Virus record (IMG/VR): IMGVR_UViG_3300030376_005231 | Span: 678-64,677 of that record | DNA length: 64,000 nucleotides | From: a virus | Taxonomy: Duplodnaviria; Caudoviricetes | Reading direction: 5' to 3' (one strand) | Notes under the pieces: model-generated | Database searches by the model: none | Seen by the model: only the letters and a program-made list of their open reading frames with translations | Told to the model about the DNA's origin: nothing | Translations under genes and position numbers: made by a program | Part shown: piece by piece, positions 9,389 through 20,442 of the stretch | Numbering within the stretch: the stretch's first letter is position 1 | Layout: every line of letters starts with the position of its first letter

Positions 9389-11731
9389 ATGGCAATTAGA
9401 TTTTTAAACAACCTAGATTTAGGCACTAACGAGATACAAAACGTAAAAGCTCAAAACCTAGCATCTGACCCTGCGGGATATGCAGGTCAGTTTATATTCA
9501 ACACTACATCTAACACATTTAAATACTATAATGGTTCAGGTTGGGTTAGTTTAGATGGTACAGGAGACATTTCAGCTGTTGTTGCAGGTGCGGGTCTATC
9601 CGGTGGTGGTACATCAGGAAGTGTTACTTTAGCTGCTGATTATGCAGGAACAGATAATATTATCTTAGCTGCAGGAGACGGAACAGGTGTTACTGTAGCA
9701 ACCGGTGATAGATTAATGCTTTCAGACGCAACAGATAATGCGGTTAAATATATTAATGTAAGTCAACTTCCTTCTTCAGGAGGTACTGTTACAAGTGTAG
9801 CATTAACAGAATCAGGTAATGCATTGACTATTACAGGTAGTCCAATTACTTCTTCAGGAACACTTAATATAGCAGGAGCAGGAACTTCAAGTCAAGTTGT
9901 ATTAGGAGATTTAACATTAGGTGATTATTTTACAGGTACTGTTACAAGTATTGCGGTTACAGGCGGAACAGGAATTGGAGTTTCAGGTTCACCTATAACA
10001 TCTTCAGGAACTATAGCATTATCAAACACAGGTGTAACTTCTATTGTTGCCGGTACTAATGTTACTATAAGTGGTGCAACAGGTGAAGTAACAATTAATG
10101 CGTCTACACAAGGTGATATTACAGGTGTAACTGCAGGTACAGGATTGTCCGGTGGTGGTACTACAGGTTCTGTTACTTTAAATGTTGACTATATTGGAGC
10201 TGATAATATTATTGAAGCAGCACCTGACAAATCAGGAATTACTGTTGCGACAAGTGACAAGATTTTATTATCGGATGCTACTGATAATAATGCAGGTTAT
10301 ATAACCGTATCACAATTACAAACTTCTATTGGTGGTGGTACAGTTACAAGTGTAGCTGCTTCAGGAGCTAATGGAATTACCGTTTCCGGTTCTCCAATAA
10401 CAAGTTCAGGAACACTAGCATTTGGAATTTCTGCAGGAGGTATACAGAATGACAGACTAGCTAACAGTACAATAAGTGGTGTTTCTTTAGGAAGCAACTT
10501 GGCAAGTCATACTGTTAGTAGTGGACTTTCAGGAAGTTCATACAATGGTTCTACAGCTGTAGAATGGTCTGTAAATTATGCCGGAACAAGTAACGTTATT
10601 TTAAGCGGAACTAATGATGCAGGTAGTGCAATAGGTACATCTGATAAAATTCTAGTAAGTAATTCATCTAGTAATGCTGTAGAGTATCATAATGTATCTG
10701 ACTTACCTTTTGATAATTCAGGTGGTACGGTAACTTCTATAGCAACTCCGACAGACGGTGGTTTAACAGGAGGTACAATAACTACTTCAGGAAGTTTAAG
10801 ACTTAAAAACTATGCTTCATTAAGTGCGAACAAGGTATTGAAATGGGATAATAGTAACAATCAGTTAACTGACTCCCTAATGACAGATGATGGTTCAACA
10901 GTAACTATCGCAGGTAACTTAACAGTTAATGGAACAACCACAACAATAAATTCTACTGTAGTATCTATAGCAGATAATATGATGGAATACGCTAACGGTA
11001 ACGATGTTGCCGGTGGTGGTGCTAATTCACTAGACATTGGTTGGTTTGGTAATTATGTAATATCTAGTACAGATTACTATCCTGCTATGTTCTATGATGC
11101 ATCAGCATCTACAAGTGCAACAGCTCCTAAATTTAGATTAGGTAATGCTACATCTAAACCGGGTAATACAGCAACTATAGCAAATGTAGGAACATTAATA
11201 GCAAACGTTGAGGGTACAATTACCGGTAACGCATCAACAGCAACTAAACTTGCTACTGCAAGAACAATAGCTCTTACAGGAGACGGTGCATGGTCAGTAT
11301 CTTTTGATGGTTCGGCTAACGTAACTTCAGCTTTAACACTTTCTACTGTAAACAGTAATGTTGGTAGTTTTGGAAGTGCATCAAGTACTTTAAGTGCGAC
11401 AGTAAATGCTAAAGGTTTAGTTACTGCAATGTCAGCATCTGCAATAAGTATTACAGCATCACAAGTATCTGATTTCTGTACAGCTGTTGAATCATGTATT
11501 GGTTCAAGCCATACGTATGCACAGAATATTGGAAATGGTTCTGCTACATCTTATACAGTATCTCACAACTTTGGAACAAGAGATGTGATAGTACAAGTAT
11601 ACGATACAGCATCGCCTTATGATACATTATATTTAGAAGTTCAAAGAACGAGTACGAATGCCTTAACATTATTAAGTACATCAGCAATTTCGTCTAACGG
11701 AGCAAGATGTTTAGTGACTAAGGTGGCATAA
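9389..11731 (+). CDS. Tail fibre protein
   Basis: G/T/S rich; repeated GTVTSVA and AGTGLSGGGTSGSVTL motifs; C-terminal VSHNFGTRDVIVQVYD module. Confidence 0.85.
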   Translation: MAIRFLNNLDLGTNEIQNVKAQNLASDPAGYAGQFIFNTTSNTFKYYNGSGWVSLDGTGDISAVVAGAGLSGGGTSGSVTLAADYAGTDNIILAAGDGTGVTVATGDRLMLSDATDNAVKYINVSQLPSSGGTVTSVALTESGNALTITGSPITSSGTLNIAGAGTSSQVVLGDLTLGDYFTGTVTSIAVTGGTGIGVSGSPITSSGTIALSNTGVTSIVAGTNVTISGATGEVTINASTQGDITGVTAGTGLSGGGTTGSVTLNVDYIGADNIIEAAPDKSGITVATSDKILLSDATDNNAGYITVSQLQTSIGGGTVTSVAASGANGITVSGSPITSSGTLAFGISAGGIQNDRLANSTISGVSLGSNLASHTVSSGLSGSSYNGSTAVEWSVNYAGTSNVILSGTNDAGSAIGTSDKILVSNSSSNAVEYHNVSDLPFDNSGGTVTSIATPTDGGLTGGTITTSGSLRLKNYASLSANKVLKWDNSNNQLTDSLMTDDGSTVTIAGNLTVNGTTTTINSTVVSIADNMMEYANGNDVAGGGANSLDIGWFGNYVISSTDYYPAMFYDASASTSATAPKFRLGNATSKPGNTATIANVGTLIANVEGTITGNASTATKLATARTIALTGDGAWSVSFDGSANVTSALTLSTVNSNVGSFGSASSTLSATVNAKGLVTAMSASAISITASQVSDFCTAVESCIGSSHTYAQNIGNGSATSYTVSHNFGTRDVIVQVYDTASPYDTLYLEVQRTSTNALTLLSTSAISSNGARCLVTKVA

Positions 11732-11751
11732 ATAATTTAATTTAACACCTT

Positions 11752-14700
11752 ATGGCTATAAGATTTTTAAGGGGTCAATCTATAACAGGTACATTATCTG
11801 TTAGTAGTACTACGACTCTTGCAGCGGCAACGGTTTCAGCTCCATCAACAGGTGATGATTCTACAAGAATCCCTTCTACTGCGTGGGTAAAAGACCAAAA
11901 TTACATAACGTCAGCTAGTTTACCTACTGTTAATAATAGTACAATAACTTTTACTGCAGGAACGGGTCTTACCGGTGGTGGTACAATAACCTTAAATCAG
12001 TCTTCTAATGAAACGGTTACCTTTAATAACTCCATAACTAATAACAATCAGTTAACCAATGGAGCAGGGTATACCACAAACACAGGTACAGTTACAAGTG
12101 TAGGAATATCTCATGGAGGAAATGCGTTTAATGTAGGCTCAGCAGTAACTACGTCAGGTACTCTTGCTATTACAATGGCAGGAACTTCTTCACAGTACGT
12201 TAATGGAGCAGGTAATCTTACTACTTTTCCATCAATACCACAAGGTGATATTACTGCTGTTGTAGCAGGCACAGGTATGTCAGGTGGCGGAACTTCAGGG
12301 TCAGTAACTTTAAATTGTACAATTACTAATAACAATCAGTTAACCAATGGAGCAGGGTACATGACCGGTTTTGGTGTAGCAGCAGTTATTGGTGGTTCTT
12401 CATTTACTATTAGTAATGGAGAGACATTAAGTTTAGTTGGTGGTACAAATATCACAGCTACATTTAATTCTTCTAATGAAAGTATTACGTTTAATAATGA
12501 TATAACAAATAATAATCAATTAACTAACGGAGCAGGATATATAACGTCAGGTAGTTTGCCTACTGTTAATAACGCAACAATTACTCTTACAGCCGGTACA
12601 GGATTAACAGGTGGTGGAACGATTACGCTGAATCAATCTTCTAATGAAACAGTTACATTTAACAACTCCATAACCAATAATAATCAGTTAACTAACGGTG
12701 CAGGATACACTACAAATACAGGTACAACAACAGCTTCTAACACACAAACTTTCACTAATAAATCAGGTAATATTAGTCAATGGACTAATGATGCGGGTTA
12801 CACTACAAATGTAGGTGATATTACAGGTGTTACAGCAGGAAGCGGTTTGTCAGGGGGAGGAACTTCCGGTACTGTAACTTTAACTAACTCAGACAAAGGT
12901 TCATCTCAAAACATATTTAAAAACATTGCAGTAAGTGGACAATCAACAGTTGTCGCTGATAATAACAACGACACATTAACTTTGGTTGCTTCAGGTGGAA
13001 TGACTATTACTACAAACGCTAGTACAGATACTATTACATTTAATCCTAATGATGATAATGATAATTATTATGTAACAAGTGGTTCATATAGTAATGGTAC
13101 TTTAACATTAAACAGACAAGGTTTAAGTGCTGTCTCAGTAACAGGATTTCCAACAGATAATGACGAATTATCTAATGGTGCAGGATATATAACTTCAGCA
13201 TCTTTACCTACGGTGAACAACTCTACAATTACCTTTAGTGCAGGAACAGGATTAACAGGCGGAGGTACAATAACCTTAAATCAATCCTCAAATGAAACAG
13301 TTACATTTAATGCGAGTAATAATGGTACTGTAACAAGTGTAAACTTTAAAACAGATGGTACAGCTTTAAATGTAGCTTCTAATAGTATAACTACTTCAGG
13401 AACTATGACAGGTGTGTGGCAAGGTAGTTCTTCGGAGTACGTTAATGGTGAAGGTGATTTAGTATCATTCCCAAGTATACCACAAGGTGATATAACAGCA
13501 GTTGTGGCAGGAACAGGAATGAGTGGAGGTGGTACTTCGGGTAGTGTTACATTGAATTGTACAATAACTAATAATAATCAGTTAACCAATGGAGCAGGAT
13601 ATATAACAGCTTCGTCAACTGACACACTTACAAATAAAAGTGGTAATATTAGTCAATGGACTAATGATTCAGGATATTTAACATCTGCAGGCTCTATGTC
13701 TTCATGGATTCTCAAAGAGGGTAATGGTACAGAAACAAGTACAGTAACTAATGGAGAAACTGTAACTTTTGCACAAGGAGCAGGTATACAAACAGAGCTT
13801 ACATCTACATCAAGTGGTGGTACTCTAACTATTTCCAACACAATAACAAACAACAATCAGTTAACTAACGGAGCAGGATATACTACCAATACAGGAACTA
13901 CTACTGCTTCAAATACTCAGACATTTACCAATAAAAGCGGTAATATATCCCAATGGACTAATAACAGCGGATATATAACTTCAGCATCCCTACCTACTGT
14001 TAATAACGCAACAATTACTCTTACAGCAGGAACAGGTCTTACCGGTGGTGGTACAATAACTTTAAATCAGTCTTCTAATGAGACCGTTACATTCAATGCT
14101 ACAAATAATGGTACAGTAACGTCTTCTAGTGGAGCTGATAATAGAGTGGCTGTATTTACAAGTGCTACTAATATTGAGGGTGACTCAGGATTCTTATATA
14201 GTGGTGGTCAAATTACTGCAAGTAGTATTGGTGTTGATGATGTATTTTTAACAGCAACAGCAGCATCATCAGCGGGTTCTGCCTTTTGTGTTATTGAAGC
14301 AACACAGATAGTAACTAGAACCGCTGCTCAAGTGCGTTCTGATATTGGTGCGGCATCTTCATCTTCTATCAATAATCCTACAATAACTTTTACTGCAGGA
14401 ACAGGGTTAACAGGTGGTGGTGCAATAACTCTTAATCAATCCTCAAACGAGACAGTTACGTTTAATAATAGTATTACTAATAACAATCAATTAACTAACG
14501 GAGCAGGATACACTACAAATACAGGAACTGTAACAGGAAGCGGCTCATCAGGTAGAGTAGCTTATTGGAACTCATCTTCAGGAATTACTTCAGATTCTGA
14601 TTTAACTTTCAATGGTTCAAGTTTGACAGTTGGAGGAACTGTAACTTCTACACAAGGAGATTTTCAATCTAATGGTGAAGTAGTTATGAGTAGTTCTTCA

Positions 14701-15267
14701 AATTCAAGTGTATTGCTACTAGGTGATGCTTTTGAGACAGACGGAATATCTCAAATTCAATTTAAAGCAGCGGGAAGTATGCAGATGGAAGTAGATGATG
14801 GTTCAATAAATGCATCATCTAATGTTGACCTTACAATGCAAGGCGGAGATATAAGGCTAACGGGAGACACTAATATTAATTTAGACGCATCACTTACTAC
14901 AAATCAAACTTCAGGTATTGTACTACCTTTTGGTTCAGGTTCTGTTACAGGTGGTAAATTTTATTATTTTTCAGGTTCGTCTTGGAGTCAAACAGATGCT
15001 GATAGTGAAAATAGCAGTAAAGGATTATTAGCATATGCAAAAACTTCAGGAACTGCTTCTTCAAATAGAATGCTTTTACAAGGAATAATTTATAAAGCAA
15101 GTCATGGATTTGTTTTAGGAACTCCTTTATATTTATCAACTAATCAAGGAGATTTACAAGCAACAGCTCCTTCAGGTACAAATGATGTTGCAAGAGTTGT
15201 CGGATATGCAATAGATACTAATCATATTTATTTCAATCCTGATAATACTTGGGTTAAAATAGCATAA
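11752..15267 (+). CDS. Long tail fibre with NNNQLTNGAGY repeats
   Basis: Many internal repeats (SLPTVNN.TIT.TAGTGLTGGGTITLNQSSNETVTFN, TNKSGNISQWTND.GY); distinct C-terminal domain. Confidence 0.85.
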   Translation: MAIRFLRGQSITGTLSVSSTTTLAAATVSAPSTGDDSTRIPSTAWVKDQNYITSASLPTVNNSTITFTAGTGLTGGGTITLNQSSNETVTFNNSITNNNQLTNGAGYTTNTGTVTSVGISHGGNAFNVGSAVTTSGTLAITMAGTSSQYVNGAGNLTTFPSIPQGDITAVVAGTGMSGGGTSGSVTLNCTITNNNQLTNGAGYMTGFGVAAVIGGSSFTISNGETLSLVGGTNITATFNSSNESITFNNDITNNNQLTNGAGYITSGSLPTVNNATITLTAGTGLTGGGTITLNQSSNETVTFNNSITNNNQLTNGAGYTTNTGTTTASNTQTFTNKSGNISQWTNDAGYTTNVGDITGVTAGSGLSGGGTSGTVTLTNSDKGSSQNIFKNIAVSGQSTVVADNNNDTLTLVASGGMTITTNASTDTITFNPNDDNDNYYVTSGSYSNGTLTLNRQGLSAVSVTGFPTDNDELSNGAGYITSASLPTVNNSTITFSAGTGLTGGGTITLNQSSNETVTFNASNNGTVTSVNFKTDGTALNVASNSITTSGTMTGVWQGSSSEYVNGEGDLVSFPSIPQGDITAVVAGTGMSGGGTSGSVTLNCTITNNNQLTNGAGYITASSTDTLTNKSGNISQWTNDSGYLTSAGSMSSWILKEGNGTETSTVTNGETVTFAQGAGIQTELTSTSSGGTLTISNTITNNNQLTNGAGYTTNTGTTTASNTQTFTNKSGNISQWTNNSGYITSASLPTVNNATITLTAGTGLTGGGTITLNQSSNETVTFNATNNGTVTSSSGADNRVAVFTSATNIEGDSGFLYSGGQITASSIGVDDVFLTATAASSAGSAFCVIEATQIVTRTAAQVRSDIGAASSSSINNPTITFTAGTGLTGGGAITLNQSSNETVTFNNSITNNNQLTNGAGYTTNTGTVTGSGSSGRVAYWNSSSGITSDSDLTFNGSSLTVGGTVTSTQGDFQSNGEVVMSSSSNSSVLLLGDAFETDGISQIQFKAAGSMQMEVDDGSINASSNVDLTMQGGDIRLTGDTNINLDASLTTNQTSGIVLPFGSGSVTGGKFYYFSGSSWSQTDADSENSSKGLLAYAKTSGTASSNRMLLQGIIYKASHGFVLGTPLYLSTNQGDLQATAPSGTNDVARVVGYAIDTNHIYFNPDNTWVKIA

Positions 15268-15268
15268 T

Positions 15269-15952
15269 ATGGCAACAGTAAACGCTTCAAAATATGGGTA
15301 CATGGAAAATGCATCTACTGAAAGTTTTGCAGAAGTTAGAAATGGTTCAACGGGATATGGTATTTCAAATCAGCCTACCTCTTCAAATGTTATAGCAGTA
15401 AGAAGAAACTATGTTACCGGAGGTAAAGGGAGTGAGTGGACGTTAAAAAGGTCATGGTGGGCATTTGATGTAAGTTCATATGCATCTGATACTATTACAG
15501 ATTTGAGATTATATTACGACCCAACTACATTTACATCATCTAATTTTCCTATCGCAGTAGTTAAGTCAACAGCTCAAGGAAATGCAAACTCTAATTTAGT
15601 AGCAGGTGATTGGGATAGTGTGGATTTTAATACAGTATATGCCGGTGGTGCAACTACATATTGGGCAGATACAAATAATTTAAGTTATTGGTCGTTAAAT
15701 GCAAATGCTGTTTCGGCTTTTACATCTAATTATGTTAAAGTTTGTGTTATGTGGTATCAAGATTATGCCAATATACAACCAACTCTTACAGGAATTCAAA
15801 ATGGTTATCAAAATTTTAGTACTATACCCTATTTAAGTTTTACTGCAACATCAGCCGGATATGAAAATAATGTGGCAGGAGTATTAAATTCAAATATAAG
15901 TAGAGTTGTAGGTTTACCAAAAAGTGCTATAAGTAAAGTCTCCGGTGTTTAA
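15269..15952 (+). CDS. Putative fibre tip / receptor-binding-associated protein
   Basis: Follows fibre; beta-rich; ends with ISRVVGLPKSAISKVSGV. Confidence 0.5.
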   Translation: MATVNASKYGYMENASTESFAEVRNGSTGYGISNQPTSSNVIAVRRNYVTGGKGSEWTLKRSWWAFDVSSYASDTITDLRLYYDPTTFTSSNFPIAVVKSTAQGNANSNLVAGDWDSVDFNTVYAGGATTYWADTNNLSYWSLNANAVSAFTSNYVKVCVMWYQDYANIQPTLTGIQNGYQNFSTIPYLSFTATSAGYENNVAGVLNSNISRVVGLPKSAISKVSGV

Positions 15953-16011
15953 TTTAAAAAGTAGTATATTTGTAGAATAAAAATAATGTTAAACAATTAA
16001 AATTTAATCAA

Positions 16012-16296
16012 ATGGCAAAACAATTAGAAGAACAAGAATTAAAATCAATTCAAGACGCACAAATTAGCTTTAATAAAAGCAAAATGCAATTAGCTGATAA
16101 TGCTTTACAGCATCAAGCTATTATAAAAGAAATTGATAAAATTAAATCTGATTTCGCAGTATTAGAACAAGATTTAATAACTAAGTACGGACAAGACAGC
16201 AGTATCAACATGGAGACCGGTGAGGTTAAAAGTGCTGAGGAAATAAAAGCTGATGAAGAAGAAAAAGAAAATAAACCTCTAGAAAAAGTAGAATAA
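16012..16296 (+). CDS. Coiled-coil protein, possible fibre assembly chaperone
   Basis: Acidic coiled coil ending L..KYG..SINMETGE; TATATTTG at 15965. Confidence 0.6.
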   Translation: MAKQLEEQELKSIQDAQISFNKSKMQLADNALQHQAIIKEIDKIKSDFAVLEQDLITKYGQDSSINMETGEVKSAEEIKADEEEKENKPLEKVE

Positions 16297-19200
16297 TGGC
16301 AAAAATTAGCGACACTACGAGTTATCCCAATATCGCACCGGTTGGTGACGATTATTTAATATTAACAGACAAGGATTCTGCGTTAGCAACAAAAACAGTT
16401 ACTGTAGAAAATCTTGGTGTTTATTTATTTGGGAATATACCGGGTTCGTTAATTCCTGCACTTGACGATACATATGATATCGGTTCTGCTTCTAAAGAGT
16501 GGAGAGATTTATATATCGATGGTGTTGCTCGTATAGATGATTTACGAGCTGATGTAGGAGAAATAATAACACTAACTGTTCCAACAAGTTTTGTGCTTAG
16601 CGGAGCGGTTAGTGGTTCATCATTAATAACAGCTACGACTTTATTAGGAGCTTCAAACACAAACATTGCAAGCACACTTGCAATAAAAACTTATGTAGAT
16701 ACTGCTATAGGAACTGTAGATGATTTATCTTGTTCTTATGATACTAGTACAACATCAGTAAATATACCAACACAATCATTAAGAATATTAGGAACAGCTA
16801 ATCAAATCACAACAACAGGTGATGGTGCACAAACAATGCAGCTAGCATTCCCAACTAACATAACAACACCGGGTCAATTAAATAGCACAGGTATAATAAT
16901 TCCTGTTACTGATAAGAACGTAAATCTTGGTGGAACAGCTAACAGATGGCAAAATTTCTTTACCGAAAACATTGCAGATGCAGGAAACAATTTAGGTACA
17001 GCTACGCAGTTTTTAGGTAAAAATTCAGGTGGTACAGCATTAGAATGGAAAGATGTTCCTAACGAAGATTTAAATATTAGATTAACTTCTTCAAGTTCTA
17101 TTACATTTACAGTTGACTTAGCAACTCAAAGTTTAGGGTTGGTAGGTACAACTAATGAAATAGAAACAGTAAATGCTACTAATCAAACAGCGGCTTTTAG
17201 ATTAGCTCAAGACATTACTACAAGAGGTCAGTTAAATTCTAAAGGAATTATAATCCCTGTTACAGACCTAGATACTAATTTAGGTGGTACATCAAACAGG
17301 TGGCAAAACTTTTTTACTCAAAATATTGCAGACGCAGGAAACAATTTAGGAACAGCCGGACAGGTTCTTGCTAAGAATGCAGCTAATACAGGATTAGAGT
17401 GGATTACTAATGGAGCGTCTGACACATTAAATGTAAGCATATCATCCGGTGGAGCTACAGCAACCTCTATTGATTTACCTACACAAAAACTTTCTTTAGT
17501 AGGAACTGCTAACGCTATTGAAGTTACAAATCCTGTAGCTCAAACTATAGCCTTCAATTTACCTTTAAATATTACCACAAGAGGTCAGTTAAATTCTTTA
17601 GGACCGATAATCCCTACATCTGATGCAACTGAAAATTTAGGTAGTACTGTTAATAGATGGCAGAATTTCTTTACTCAAAATATTGCAGATTTAGGCGACA
17701 ATTTAGGAACTGCAGGTCAAGTTCTTGCTAAGAATGCAGCTAATACAGGGTTAGAGTGGGTTAATGAAGCGAATGATAAAACATTAAGTATAAGTGACGG
17801 TTCAACTGCAGGAAGTGTAGATTTACCAACTCAAACTTTAACTTTTACAGGAACAGCAAATCAAATAGAAGCTGTCGTATTAAATCAAGGGGTTACTTTT
17901 GCATTCCCGACTAACATAACTACAGCGGGTCAATTAAATAGTGGAGGTGCAATAATCGCTACAGCTGATGCTACACATAATCTTGGTAGCACAGTTAACA
18001 GATGGTTAAATTTATTTACTACTCAAATAGTTGATAAAGATGATTTGACAGGTGGAGCGGCTCAAATTTTAACAAACGATGCGGCAGGAACTGCAATGAC
18101 TTGGACTACGGGTGGTACTGCTACGCAAGTGTTGGCTAAAAATTCAACTAATGATGCATTGGTTTGGGTTGATAATAATGAATATAGTAGTTGGAAAATA
18201 AGTGATGACCAAACTCCTCCACACCAAACAGCTGTAAATGATTTAAGTACTGTTGTTATGGCAGGTACAACAGGTCAGATAAAAACTCTTGAGAATGCAG
18301 GAACAGTAACTTTTAGTTTCCCTACAAATATTACAACACCGGGTCAATTAAATAGTGGAGGTCCAATGTTGCCTTCAACTGATTTAACATTTAATTTAGG
18401 AGGAACAAGTAATAGATGGTTAAATTTATTTACTAATCAAATAGTAGATTCAGGTAATAATACGGGTGGTGCAGCTCAAATTTTAACAAACAATACATCT
18501 GCAAATGCAATGATTTGGACTACAGGTGGAACTGCAGGTCAACTTTTAGCAAGAACTGCAAACAACATAGAGTTAGAATGGGTTGACATGGATGACTCAA
18601 GTTTAGAGTTTTTAGGTGATACCAATACAGGAACACCTACTGTAGATTTAAATTCACAAAGTCTTTCAATTCTTGGAACTGCAAACGAAATAGAAACTGT
18701 TGGTGTTAATCAATCTTTAACAATTGCTTTACCAACAAATATAACAACTAAAGGACAACTTAATAGTACAGGAATTATAATTCCTGTTACAGATAAAGAT
18801 ATTAATTTAGGGGGAACAGTTAATAGATGGCAGAATTTCTTTACAGAAAATATAGCTGATGCAGGTAATAATCTTGGAACTGCTAATCAAATATTAGCTA
18901 AGAATGCAGGGAATACAGGTTTAGAGTGGAAAGATAGTAATTATGATATATTAGAAGTTACTACAACAATAACTAATGCTCAGATGTTAGCTATTGGTTC
19001 AACACCTATACAAGTTGCTCCTTCTCCGGGTGCAAACAAATTAATTGCTGTTGTAGAATGTTTATGGAAACTAGACTATACAGCTCCTGTATTTGATTTT
19101 GCAGCTGACCCTTTTATTAGATATGATAATGGTGGAGCTAATACACAATACAGACCTTTTGGAGCTTTTGATAACGGAATTGTAAATGGTGCTGCTGATT

Positions 19201-19355
19201 TTTATCAAGCTGTACCTCCGGTTCAAAGTCAAGGAAATGCTAATGGTCAAATTTTAGTAAACAATGGATTGTTTTTTACAGCAGCAGCAAATCCATCTCA
19301 GGGTGGAGGAACTTTAACTTTTAAAGTTAAATATAGAGTAGAAGACGCATTCTAG
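16296..19355 (+). CDS. Tail fibre protein with long tandem repeats
   Basis: About six copies of GQLNS.G.I.P..D...NLG.T.NRW.N.FT..I.D..N..G...Q.L.KN. Confidence 0.8.
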   Translation: MAKISDTTSYPNIAPVGDDYLILTDKDSALATKTVTVENLGVYLFGNIPGSLIPALDDTYDIGSASKEWRDLYIDGVARIDDLRADVGEIITLTVPTSFVLSGAVSGSSLITATTLLGASNTNIASTLAIKTYVDTAIGTVDDLSCSYDTSTTSVNIPTQSLRILGTANQITTTGDGAQTMQLAFPTNITTPGQLNSTGIIIPVTDKNVNLGGTANRWQNFFTENIADAGNNLGTATQFLGKNSGGTALEWKDVPNEDLNIRLTSSSSITFTVDLATQSLGLVGTTNEIETVNATNQTAAFRLAQDITTRGQLNSKGIIIPVTDLDTNLGGTSNRWQNFFTQNIADAGNNLGTAGQVLAKNAANTGLEWITNGASDTLNVSISSGGATATSIDLPTQKLSLVGTANAIEVTNPVAQTIAFNLPLNITTRGQLNSLGPIIPTSDATENLGSTVNRWQNFFTQNIADLGDNLGTAGQVLAKNAANTGLEWVNEANDKTLSISDGSTAGSVDLPTQTLTFTGTANQIEAVVLNQGVTFAFPTNITTAGQLNSGGAIIATADATHNLGSTVNRWLNLFTTQIVDKDDLTGGAAQILTNDAAGTAMTWTTGGTATQVLAKNSTNDALVWVDNNEYSSWKISDDQTPPHQTAVNDLSTVVMAGTTGQIKTLENAGTVTFSFPTNITTPGQLNSGGPMLPSTDLTFNLGGTSNRWLNLFTNQIVDSGNNTGGAAQILTNNTSANAMIWTTGGTAGQLLARTANNIELEWVDMDDSSLEFLGDTNTGTPTVDLNSQSLSILGTANEIETVGVNQSLTIALPTNITTKGQLNSTGIIIPVTDKDINLGGTVNRWQNFFTENIADAGNNLGTANQILAKNAGNTGLEWKDSNYDILEVTTTITNAQMLAIGSTPIQVAPSPGANKLIAVVECLWKLDYTAPVFDFAADPFIRYDNGGANTQYRPFGAFDNGIVNGAADFYQAVPPVQSQGNANGQILVNNGLFFTAAANPSQGGGTLTFKVKYRVEDAF

Positions 19356-19367
19356 TAATTTAATATA

Positions 19368-19592
19368 ATGGACATAAGAAAGATTTCTGTAGGTCCTGAT
19401 TATAAGTCAGGTGCTATGCATTATTTAGTAGGGCAAGAAGTTTTAGGTGGTAACTATGTTATTCATTTAATAAAACATGATTTAAAAAATCAAACTTTTA
19501 TTATATATATAATTCAAGGAGAAGAAATAAAACTTTGGAAGTCTTTTAATCACGCTATGCCAATATCAATCGAATATAATATAAATTTTTAA
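19368..19592 (+). CDS. Hypothetical protein (MDIRKISVGPDYK family)
   Basis: ORF track; lies before the packaging module. Confidence 0.7.
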   Translation: MDIRKISVGPDYKSGAMHYLVGQEVLGGNYVIHLIKHDLKNQTFIIYIIQGEEIKLWKSFNHAMPISIEYNINF

Positions 19593-19606
19593 TCTAATGA
19601 AATCAC

Positions 19607-20170
19607 ATGCAATCACCTCACAGCTTTATTGTAGAACCATTAAAAGGGAAACGTTACGATAATACTAAGAAATTAGGAGAGGTAGATTTTATAGTAAGCA
19701 CTTCTCAAGAAGACCATAAGTTTTCAAATCGTTTCGCTAGAGTAAATTCTTTACCTTTAAATTATTGTGGTCCTATAAAAATTAACGACCTTTTATTAGT
19801 ACATCATAATGTATTTAAAATATATTATGATATGAAAGGGCATGAAAAAAGTGGTAAAAGTTATTTTAAAGATAATTTATTTTTTATAGATAATGACCAA
19901 TTTTTTTTATATAAGTCTGATGATGAGTGGTATGCACATGATAAGTATTGTTTTGTAGAGCCTGTAAAATCTAAAGATTATTATTTAGATAAAGTGGTTA
20001 AATACGAACCTTTGATTGGTAAAATTAAATATCCTAATCAAGAGCTTATAAATCATGGTGTAAAAGTTGGTGATGAAGTTGCCTTTCAACCTGATAGTGA
20101 ATATGAATTTACAGTTGATGGAGTTCTTCTTTACAGAATAATGTCTAAATTTATCACAGTAAAGCTATGA
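19607..20170 (+). CDS. Tandem GroES-like (two Cpn10-like domains) protein
   Basis: Domain 1 FIVEP...ARVNSLP...IKINDLLLV; domain 2 YCFVEPV...GKIKY...GVKVGDEVAF..DSEYEFTVDGVLLYRIM. Confidence 0.6.
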   Translation: MQSPHSFIVEPLKGKRYDNTKKLGEVDFIVSTSQEDHKFSNRFARVNSLPLNYCGPIKINDLLLVHHNVFKIYYDMKGHEKSGKSYFKDNLFFIDNDQFFLYKSDDEWYAHDKYCFVEPVKSKDYYLDKVVKYEPLIGKIKYPNQELINHGVKVGDEVAFQPDSEYEFTVDGVLLYRIMSKFITVKL

Positions 20171-20442
20171 GCAATAAAGATGTTAAATTAAAAATAATAG
20201 AAGCAGCAGAAAAAGCTGTTGAAGAATTAATTAATGTAGCAAAAGAAAAAATTGTTACAGGAACAGAAGATGATGTTTCAGCTGATAGATTGAAAAATGC
20301 AGCAGCTACAAAAAAGTTAGCAATATTTGATGCTTTTGAAATATTAAGTAGAATAGAAATAGAAAGAGACGCATTAGAAACTGAAGGAGTAAAAACAAAA
20401 ATTAATACCAATCAAGGATTTGCAGAACGAAGGTCTAAATAA
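20167..20442 (+). CDS. Putative terminase small subunit
   Basis: Small helical protein directly upstream of and overlapping the large terminase. Confidence 0.5.
   Translation: MSNKDVKLKIIEAAEKAVEELINVAKEKIVTGTEDDVSADRLKNAAATKKLAIFDAFEILSRIEIERDALETEGVKTKINTNQGFAERRSK

Noticed and set aside
11752-19355. Diversity-generating retroelement suggested by repeats in fibre genes
   Set aside because: No reverse transcriptase; repeats are in-frame protein repeats with synonymous changes, not adenine-specific TR/VR pairs
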